Positions 45,301-57,300 of a DNA stretch of 64,000 nt are shown piece by piece. The position numbers and the translations under genes are program-made. Source of the stretch: Thermoplasmatota archaeon (GTDB taxonomy: Archaea > Thermoplasmatota > JAKEGO01); the NCBI GenBank assembly GCA_028279595.1, contig JANQNK010000020.1, positions 192,001 to 256,000 of the forward strand, in the 5' to 3' direction. The notes under the pieces were generated by a model that was not told the DNA's origin, did not search any database, and saw only the letters and a program-made list of their open reading frames with translations. The number at the start of each line of letters is the position of its first letter. The first letter of the stretch is position 1.

Positions 45301-48300
45301 GAGTACGACCCGATCGAGAACACCGTGACCGTCAGGGCATGGAACCAGTATGATGCAGATCAGGTCGAGGCATCCGACGACCATTCCTGTGACCTGCTCA
45401 GGACTGGAATGACGATGGAGAAGACCGGACCGGCGACCGTCGAGATCGGTGAGACCGTCTACTGGAACTACCATGTGACCAACACGGGCGAGGTCCCGAT
45501 CTACCTCACGCACGTCGATGAGGTACTGATCGAGGACTGGTACTGGCCTACGCCCTACTACATAGGTGTCGGCGGTTCCCAGACCTTCTACTGGATCGGC
45601 GGATACACCGTGACCACGGCTGACGACGATCCGCTCGTCAACAGCGCTACCTTCTACGCAGATAACTACTACGGCGAGGACGAGGTCCAAAGCACTGACA
45701 GCCATAGTTCGGACGTCCTCCGCTCCGACATCACCATCGAGAAGACAGGACCCGCGACGGCCGAGGTCGGCGAGGAGATAACCTACGAAGTGACCATCAC
45801 CAACGACGGCGAGGTCGACCTCGAGATAACATACCTCTACGATTCGCTCGTGGGCAGCCTGCTCGGTGAACTGACGACGGGTTGGATATCCGCCGGTTCC
45901 TCCGAGACCATCACATACACCTACACCGTGCTCTCCACGGATGACACGCCACTCGAGAACACCATCACCGTGACCGGTCAGAACCAGTACGGCGAGGACG
46001 AGGTCTCCGCCGAGGACGACCACTCCGTCGCACTGCTCAAGACCGGCGTGAGGATCGAGAAGTACGGACCGACGACCGCTGAGCTGGGCCAGACCATCAC
46101 CTACACGATACGCGTGACCAACACAGGGAATGTGGATCTGACCATCACCGACCTTGACGACACCCTCCTGGGCGACCTTTACAGTGAGATCAGCGGCGGT
46201 GTGATAACTACCACGGAGGGCTTCGAGCAGTTCACCTATGACTACACCGTCACATCCGCTGATACCGATCCGCTCGGTAACACGATAACAGTCGACGCCA
46301 CCAACCAGTTTGGCGGCGACCCCGTAAGCGCTTCCGACAGCCACTCCGTCGACATCCTTTACGCCGATCTGAGCATCGAGAAATCGGCCCTGACCACCGC
46401 GCAGGTGGGTCAGACCCTCACATACACCTTCGTGATAACGAACGACGGCGAGGTCGATCTCGATGTGACGTACTTCTTCGATAGCCTCCTGGGCAACCTG
46501 ATCGGATACCTGGACACTGGAACGATCGCCGCAGGAACATCGGAGACGATAACCGTCGATCATCTGGTGACCGATGTCTACGACCCGATCTACAACTATG
46601 TCACCATCACGGCATGGAACCAGTACGACAGTGATGCTCAGAGCGATAGTGACTCCCATACGTGTGATCTGCTGCGTACAGGCATCGATGTCGCGAAGAC
46701 CGGACCCGCGACCGCGGAGGTCGGCGAGCAATACTACTACACATACACAGTATACAACACAGGGGAGGTCACCCTGTACTTCGATACGATCCAGGACACC
46801 CTCAAGGGTGACTTCACCTGGACGACCCCGTTCGCGGTCCCGGTCGGTGGAAATCAAGTGATCCTGTGGACCTACACCGCCACCGATGAGTTCGACCCGA
46901 TAGAGAACACCGCTACATTCACCGGATGGAACGAGTACGATGAGGACGAGGTCACGGACTCGGACGACCATGAAGTCGACCTTCTCCGGACGAACATCGA
47001 GATCACGAAGACCGGACCATCCTCCGCAGTGGTCGGTGAGACCATAGAATACGAGATCACCATCGAGAACACTGGCGAGGTTAGCCTCGACATCACATAC
47101 CTCGACGACACGCTCCTCGGCGACCTGCTTGGTGAGCTGACATCGACAACGATAGCCTCTGGCGCCACAGTGACGATATATGTGGACTATCTCGTTACCG
47201 ACGAGTACGACCCGATCGAGAACACCGTCACCGTAAAGGCATGGAACCAGTACGACAGCGACCCGGTCGAGGACTCGGATGACCATTCGTGCAACCTACT
47301 CCGGACCGGAGTGAGCATAACCAAGGCCGGCGGACCGGACGAGGCATCGGTCGGCGAGGACATCACCTACACCATCACGGTGACCAACACCGGAGAGGTG
47401 GACCTCCACATCACGTACCTCTGGGACAGCCTCCTGGGGGATCTGAGCGGCTACATCACCGGAGATGTGATCACGGTCGGCGAGGGCTATGAGACCATCA
47501 CATACGATTACACCGTACAGAGCGGCGACCCCGACCCCCTCATCAATGAGGTGACCGTCATCGGCGAGAACTCGGAGGGCGGCGACGAAGTGACGGACTC
47601 CGCGGAACACTCCGTGGACCTGCTCCTGATCGGCGTCATCATCGAGAAGACCGGACCCGCTACAGCCGAGGTCTGGGAGTGGATCACGTACACCATTACA
47701 GTATACAACACTGGTGACGTGGACCTCTACATCGATGAGCTAGACGACGACATCATCGGCGACCTCAGCGGCAAGATCAGCGACGGCGTGATCACCGTCG
47801 CAGAGGGCTCGGAGACCTTCAGCTACCTTTACAAGACGACTGATGTGTATGATCCTATCTTGAATACGGTGACCGTGGTTGGAACGAACGAGTACGACGA
47901 TGATGAAGTGACGGAATCGGACAGTCACTCCGTCGACCTGCTCAGGACGGGAATCGAGATCGAGAAGACCGGACCGGAGACCGCAATGGTGGGTGAGGAG
48001 ATCACCTACACCATAACCATCAGGAACACCGGAGAGGTCGATTACTACGTCACGAACCTCGTGGACGCCATCTATGGAAATATGATCAGCGAGGTCGATA
48101 GCCCGATCGTTGTGGGCGACACTGTGTCCTTCACCTACGATCACACCGTGACCGATGCTTACGATCCGCTCCCGAACGCGATCAACATCAACGGACAGAA
48201 CCAGTTCGGTTCTGACTGGATCAGCGACTCCGACGGACACTCGGTGGACATCTACCGCACCGGCGTCTCGATAACCAAGACCGGACCGACGGAGGCACAG

Positions 48301-51300
48301 GTCGGCGACACCATCACGTACACCATCAAGGTGACGAACGAGGGCGAGGTCGATCTGTACATCTACGAGCTCGAGGACACCATACTGGGCGACCTGAGCG
48401 GAGAGATCAGCGGCGGCGTGATAACGACGACCGAGGGCTACGAGGAGTTCACGTACGACCACGTGGTCAGCGTGGACGACGACGACCCGCTGCTGAACGA
48501 GATCACCGTCAAGGGATGGAACATCCACGACGGGGACATCGTGACCGATTCCGCCGAGCACAGCGTGAACATCGTATATGTGAAGGGAACGCTGTACGTC
48601 GAGAAGACCGGGCCCGCTACCGCTTACCATGGCGATGAGGTAACCTACACGATATACGTGACCTACGACAGCTCCGACGACTCGCCCGCCCAGAACGTGG
48701 AGGTTGTGGACGATCTCTACGGCACAGCGACATACGTGAGCGGCGACACCGACGGCGACGGATACCTCGATACCGACGAGACCTGGGAGTACGAGGTCAC
48801 TGGAACCATCCCAGACCACTCCGAACCCGAGACCGATCCGATCGTGAACACCGCGACGGCGACCGGTGAGAACCTCGACGGCGACGACGTCACACCCGGT
48901 GAGGGAAGCCACAGCACCGACATCCTCCACACGGAGGGAGAGTTCACGATCGTGAAGGACGGTCCGGCTACCGCCTACCACGGCGATAGCGTGACCTACA
49001 CCTTCACGGTGACATACTCGAGCGATGACGGCTCCCCGGCCGACGGCGGCTATGTATGGGACGACCACTATGGCTATGCAACGTATGTGAGCGGTGACAC
49101 CGACAGTGATACCGATATGGACGTCGATGAGACCTGGATATTCGAGGTGACGGGAACCATCCATTCGACATACTACGATGGCGAGGAGAACCCGATACAC
49201 AACACGGTCGAGGTCGACGGATACGACCTGGATGGCGACTGGTGTGGCCCTGCATACGACGACCACTACACTACGATCCTCCACGAGGAAGGAACACTGT
49301 ACGTGGACAAGCAGGGGCCGACGGTGGCCTACTTCGGCGATTCGATGACCTTCAATTTCTACGTGACCTACGAGAGCGATGACGACTCCCCGGCAGACAA
49401 CATTGTCGTCTGGGACGATCACTATGGAGCTCCGACCTACGTCTCTGGCGACACCAACGGCGACGGATATCTCGACACCGATGAGACGTGGCTGTACACA
49501 AGGACTGTCTACCTCACGTCGTACTACTACGACTCGCATGAGGACCCGATCATCAACACCGTTGAGGTCACCGGCACGGACCTGGATGGTGACACCGTGA
49601 CACCCGGCGAGGACAGTCACCAGACCGACATCCTGCACCGGGAGGGCGAGTTCACGATCGTGAAGGACGGGCCCGCGACGGCCTATCATGGCGATTCCGT
49701 CACATACACGTTCGAGGTGACATACTCGAGTTCGGACCATTCCCCGGCCCAGTACGTACAGGTCTACGATGACCACTACGGATACGCAACCTACGTGAGC
49801 GGCGACACCGACGGAGACGGGAAGCTGGACTACTCCGAGACCTGGACCTACAAGGTGACCGGTACGATCGGCGCTCACTACGATGGTGAGGAGGACCCGA
49901 TCGTCAACGAGGTCATGGTCTGGGGTTACGACCTCGATGATGACTTCGTGGGATATGCCTACGATGATCACTCCACCGATATCCTGCACACCGCCGGAAC
50001 ACTCTACGTGGAGAAGACCGGACCTGCGACCGCCTACCACGGACAGACCGTGACATACTGGTTCTATGTGACCTACGAGAGTGATGACAATTCACCGGCC
50101 GACGACGTCACTGTCGACGACAACAAGTACGGAACCGCGACATACTACGGCGGCGACACCGACGGCGATGGACTTCTCGACACTGATGAGACCTGGGTGT
50201 TCTACGTTATCGTTACCATCGGCGACCACGAGGACGACGAGGAAGACCCGATCGTCAATACCGGAAAAGCGACCGGCATCGACCTTGACGGCGATGCAGT
50301 GACGCCTGGCGAGGACACTCACGAGACCGACATCCTCCACTACGAGGGCGAGTTCTGCATCTTCAAGACCGGACCCGCGACCGCCTATCATGGCGACGAT
50401 GTGACCTACACGATAACCGTCAAGTACAAGAGCGACGACGACTCCCCGGCCCAGTATGTCGAGGTGGTCGACAGCATCTACGGCGATGCGGACTACGTCA
50501 GCGGCGACACCGACTTCGACGACCTCCTGGACGTCGACGAGACCTGGACCTTCACGGTCTCCGGAACGATACCGGATTACTCCGAACCCGAGACCGACCC
50601 GATCATCAACACGGCCAAGGTGACCGGCAAGGACCTGGACGACGACGTGATCGAGCCGGCCGAGGACACCCACAGCACCGACATCCTCCACAGGGAGGGA
50701 AGGCTGACCGTGGAGAAGGACGGACCCGAGACCGCGTATCACGGCGATGAAGTAACATACACGTTCGAGGTGACATACTCGAGCACTGACGGATCCCCGG
50801 CGGACGATGTCGAGGTGACGGATGATGTATACGGAGATGCGACCTACGTCAGCGGCGACACCGACGGCGATGGCCTGCTGGACGTCGACGAGACCTGGGT
50901 CTTCGAGGTGACGGGATACATCAGCTCCACCCACAGCGATGACGAGGAGAACCCGATCGTGAACACCGGAACCGCCACAGGTATCGACCTGGACGGAGAC
51001 GCGGTCACACCGGGCAAGGACTCCCACGAGACCGAGATCCTCCACCGCGAGGGCGAGCTGACCATCGTGAAGGATGGACCGACCTCGGCATACCACGGCG
51101 ATTACGTCACATTCACGTTCGAGGTAACATACTCGAGCGCGGACGACTCGCCCGCCGACGACGTCAAGGTCTACGACGACATCTTCGGATACGCCGACTA
51201 CGTCAGCGGAGACACCGATGACGACGGATTGCTGGACGTCGACGAGACATGGGAGTTCGAGGTCAGCGGTTACATCGGCCTCCACGATGACGACGAGGAC

Positions 51301-54300
51301 GATCCGATGGTCAACACCGCCGAGGCGACAGGAATCGATCTGGACGGCCAGGACGTTACACCCGGCGAGGACAGCCACGAGACCGACCTCCTCCATCGGG
51401 CGGGCACCCTGTACGTGGACAAGACCGGACCGGCGACCGCCTACCACGGCGATGACGTGACATACCTGATATACGTGACATATGACAGCAGCGATGACTC
51501 GCCCGCAACGGAAGTGGAGGTCACGGACGACGTCTACGGAACCGCTACCTACGTTTCCGGCGACACTGATGACGACGACCGACTTGACGAGGGAGAGACC
51601 TGGGTGTTCAAGGTCACCGGTACGATACCTGACTACTCCGAACCCGAGACCGACCCGATCGTGAACACCGCGACGGCCACTGGCGAGGACCTTGACGGGG
51701 ATGATGTCACACCGGGCGATGATACCCATAGAACGGACATCCTCCACACGGAAGGTACACTCTATGTCGAGAAGACCGGACCGGCTCAGGTTTACCACGG
51801 AGATACCGTGGCCTACTGGTTCTACGTGACCTACTCCAGCACCGACGGCTCACCAGCTGACGATGTCGCAGTGGACGACGACAAGTACGGCTCAGCGACA
51901 TACTACGGCGGCGACACCGACGGCGACGGTCTGCTCGACACGGACGAGACATGGTTGTTCTACATCACCGTGACCATCGGCGATTACGAGGATGACGAGG
52001 AGGACCCGATCATCAATATCGGCATGGCGACCGGCGTGGACCTCGACGGCGACGCGGTCGAACCCGGCTACGGCCGTCACTCCACCGACATACTGCACCG
52101 CGAGGGCACGCTGTATGTCGAGAAGTGCGGACCGGCGACGGCCTACCACGGCGACGACGTCAGGTACACGATCAAGGTGACCTACGAGAGCGACGACAAC
52201 TCACCGGCGGACAATGTTGAGGTCATAGACAGCATCTATGGTGACGCGACCTACGTGAGCGGCGACACGGACAGCGACGGACTGCTGGACGTCGATGAGA
52301 CCTGGACCTACTACGTCGATGGCACGATCGGCGCACACGACGACGATGAGGATGACCCGATCATCAACACCGCCAAGGCGACCGGTACGGACCTTGACGA
52401 GGATCCGGTGACTCCGGGCACGGACGACCACAGCACCGACATCCTGCACACCGAGGGCACGCTATACGTGGAGAAGACCGGACCAGCCGAGGCATATCAC
52501 GGCCAGACCGTGACCTACTGGTTCTACGTGACCTACTCCAGCGATGACGGCTCTCCGGCAGATGATGTCGCAGTGGACGACGACAAGTACGGCCCCGCGA
52601 CCTACTACTACGGCGACACCGACGGCGATGGCCTGCTCGACCCCGGCGAGACCTGGGTGTTCTACATCATCGTGACCATCGGCCCATACTCCGACACCGC
52701 GGAGGACCCGATCACCAACACGGGCAAGGCGACCGGCGTAGACCTGGACGGCGATGAGGTCGAGCCTGGCTACGGCCGTCACACCACCGATATCCTCCAT
52801 TGGGATGGAATCCTATCGGTCGAGAAGTACGGCACAGAAGAGGCCTACCACGGCGACACCGTGACATACTACTTCGATGTGACCTACGAGAGCGACGACG
52901 ACTCACCTGCTCAGTCCATAAGTGTCGTGGACGACCTCTACGGATCGGCAACATACGTCAGCGGCGACACCGACAGCGACAGCCGGTTGGACGTCGGCGA
53001 GACCTGGAAATACACTGTCTCCGGGACCATCGGAGCCCACGATGACGACGAGGAGGACCCATTGGTCAACACCGTCACCGTGACGGGCGAGGACCTTGAC
53101 GGCGACACCGTGACACCTGGCGAGGACTCTCACGAGACCGACATCCTGCACAGGGAGGGAGAGCTCTCGGTCAGGAAGGACGGACCTGCTTCCGTGTACC
53201 ACGGCACGACCGCCACCTACACGATCTACGTGACCTACTCGAGCGATGACAACTCCCCGGCCCAGAACGTTGCGGTCGTGGACGACCTGTACGGAACCGC
53301 TACCTACGTGAGCGGAGACACCGACACCGACGATCTGCTCGATGTGACCGAGACGTGGAGATACACGGTCTCCGGAACCATCGGAGCCCACGACGACGAC
53401 GAGGATAATCCGATCAGGAACACCGCGACGGCCACAGGCGAGGACCTGGACGGCGACGAGGTCACACCGGGCGAAGGATTCCACGACACCACGATCCTCC
53501 ACAGGGAAGGTACCCTCTACGTCGAGAAGAGCGGACCGGCAACGGCTTATCACGGCGACGAGGTGACCTACACCTTCGAGGTGACCTATGAGAGCGCAGA
53601 CGACTCGCCTGCCGTGGACATCACCGTCCTCGATGACGAGTTCGGATACGCCGACTACGTCAGCGGCGACACCGATGGCGACGATCGGCTGGACGTCACC
53701 GAGACGTGGACCTACGAGATCACCACGACGATCGGCATATACGTGGACGGCGAGGAGGACCCGTTGGTCAACCGCGTCGAAGTGAACGGATACGACCTCG
53801 ATGGCGACGAGGTGACCCCGGGCGAGGACGAGCACGAGACGGACTTACTGTACTACGTCGGCAAGTTCTGCATCGACAAGGACGGACCGGACGAGGCCTA
53901 TCACGGGGACACAGTGACCTACACCATCACCGTCAAGTACAAGAGCGACGACGACTCACCGGCGAAGAACGTCGAGGTCGTCGACGACATCTACGGAACA
54001 GCTACATACATCAGCGGTGACACCGATGGCGACGGCCTGCTGGACGTGACCGAGACCTGGAAGTTCGAGGTCGAGGGAGAGATAGGCGATTACGAGGAAC
54101 CCGAGGACGACCCGATCGTAAACACCGCAACTGTGACCGGCCAGGACCTGGACGACGATGACATCCCATCCAGTTCGGACTCGCACAGCACCGACATCCT
54201 GCATCGCGCAGGAGTACTGACCGTTGTGAAGAGCGGTCCCGCGACGGCATACCACGGCGATGACGTGACCTACTACTTCGAGGTGACCTACTCCAGCGAT

Positions 54301-57300
54301 GACGACTCACCCGCTCAGAACGTACAGGTCACCGACGACCTCTACGGGAGCGCTTCCTACGTGAGCGGCGACACTGACGGCGATAATCTGCTGGATGTCG
54401 ACGAGACGTGGGTGTTCAAGGTCGAGGGAACGATCGGCGATTACGTCGATGGAGCGGATGATCCCATCGTGAACACCGGAACAGCAACAGGCGATGACCT
54501 GGACGGCGATACCGTCACGCCTGGCTCCGACGATCACGAGACCGACATCCTCCATCGGGAGGGCAAGCTCACGATCGTGAAGGACGGTCCGGATACCGCC
54601 TACCACGGCGACGATGTGACCTACACCTTCGAGGTGACCTACACCAGCGACGACGACTCCCCGGCAAAGGACGTGACGGTCGTGGACGACACCTTCGGTA
54701 CAGCTTCCTACGTGAGCGGCGATACCGACTCCGACGGACTGCTCGACACCGATGAGACCTGGACCTTCGAGGTCGAGGGAACCATCGACGACCATGAGGA
54801 CGACGAGGAGGACCCGCTTGTCAACGAGGCCACCGCATCCGGTCAAGACCTGGATGGCGACGACGTGACACCCGATACCGACGACCACAGCACCGACATA
54901 CTCCACAGGGAGGGAAGGCTGACGGTCGAGAAGTCCGGACCTGCCACCGCCTACCACGGCGATTCCGTGACCTACACGTTCGAGGTGACCTACTACAGCA
55001 CCGACGGCTCACCGGCCGACAACGTTCTGGTAATCGACGACACCTATGGCTCCGCGACCTACGACAGCGGGGATACCGACGGCGACGATCTGCTCGATGT
55101 CGGTGAGACCTGGATATTCAAGGTCACAGGGACCATCGGCGCACACGTCGACGGCGAGGAAGACCCGATCGTGAACACGGTCACCGTGACCGGCGAGGAC
55201 CTGGACGGCGACGCCGCCACATCCGACACCGACACCCATTCGACCGACATCCTCCACCGTGAGGGCGAGTTGACCGTCGTGAAGTCCGGCCCAGAGGAGG
55301 CCTACCACGGCGACGACGTCGAGTACACGATCGAGGTGACATACTCGAGCGATGACGACTCGCCCGCCGACAACGTGGAGGTCACCGACGACGTCTACGG
55401 CGACGGCACATACGTGAGCGGCGACACCGACGGCGACGGATTGCTCGACGTCGATGAGACCTGGAAGTTCACCGTCAGCGGTACTATACCGGACCACGAG
55501 GACGACGATGACGAAGAGATCGTGAACACGGCAACGGCGACAGGCGAGGACCTCGACGGCGACACCGTCACCCCGGGCAGCGACGAACACACCACCGAGA
55601 TCCTCCACACCGCCGGCGAGCTGACGGTGACCAAGACCGGACCATCGAGCGCGTACCACGGCGATGATGTCGAGTACACCATCAAGGTGAGCTACTTCAG
55701 CTCCGATGGATCGCCAGCCCAGAACGTGTTCGTCGAGGACGACAAGTACGGCGTGGCGACCTACGTCAGTGGTGACACCGACGGCGACGGCTACCTAGAC
55801 ACCGACGAGATCTGGACCTATACGGTCAGCGGCACCATCGGCGATTACGAAGATGATGAGGAAGACCCGATCATCAACACCGTCGAGGCCACCGGATACG
55901 ACTTAGACGGCGACGAGGTCGATCCAGGAACCGCGACCCACAGTACCGACATACTCCACTACGCTGGCGAATTGACCGTGGTAAAGAGCGGTCCGGCCGA
56001 GGCACACGATGGCGACCAGGTGACATACACGATAGAGGTGACCTACTCGAGCGACGACAACTCCCCCGCCCAGAGCATACTGGTAGTTGACGACATCTAC
56101 GGATCCGCTTCATACGTGAGCGGTGACACCGACGGCGACTATCTGCTCGACACGGATGAGACATGGACCTACTCGATCACCGAGTACATCGATGAGGCGG
56201 AGGACGATCCGATCGTGAACACGGCTACCGCCACGGGTTACGACCTGGATGGCGACTCGGTCACACCAGGCGAGGGCGAGCACTCGACGGACATACTGCA
56301 TCCGGATATCACCGTGACCAAGAGCGGTCCCGAGGAGGCCCACGAGGGCGACACGGTAACCTACACGATCAGCGTGGAGAACACGGGCGATTGCACGCTC
56401 TACGATGTGACGGTGACCGATGACGTCCTCGGCGATCTGACCTCCTACCTGACCGACACGACGCTCGACGTCGGCGAGACCGACACCTTCACGGTGACGT
56501 ACACGGTACCCACATCCAGCTGGACCACTGACGAACTGATCACCAACGGCGGATTCGAGACCCCTGTCGGGACGGACTCGGCGGGCTGGGACATCTTCCC
56601 GGACGGCACGACCGGTCTCGGCTGGTCGGTCGATTGGTACTCCACAGATACCACCTACGGCGGCGGTACCAGGCCCGAGACGGCCAACCTCGAACTCCAG
56701 TGGGGAGTGACCGGTTGGGATCCCGCCGAGGGAGACCAGTACGCCGAGCTCGACGCCGATTGGGACGGACCGGACGGAAGCCTGTCCGGGGAACCCGCAT
56801 CTGTGAGCATATACCAGGATGTCGACACCGACGACGGAGAGACCTACAGGTTGACCTTCGCCTTCTCCCCGAGGCCGGGACAGGACGAGACCCAGAATGT
56901 CCTTCTCATCCACTGGGGAGACACACTGGTCGACACGATCGAACTGGACGGCTCCTCGAACTCGGATTGTGAGTGGTACTACTACTCCTACGATCTCGTC
57001 GCAAGCGATGATACCATGGAGATAAGATTCTCCGACGGCGGCGATTCCGATTCCCTCGGAACGTTCCTCGACGACGTGAGCCTGCGCACCATGGACTACC
57101 TCACGAACACCGTTACAGTGACCGGAGAGGACAACCTCGACGAGGAGGTCACTGACAGCGACTCCCACGATCTCGACGTACTCCACCCGGAGATAGATGT
57201 AGTGAAGGTCGGACCGTCGGAGGCCCATGAGGGTGACACAATAACATACACCTTCACCGTCTCGAACCTCGGCGACTGCCCGCTCTACGACGTGACCGTC

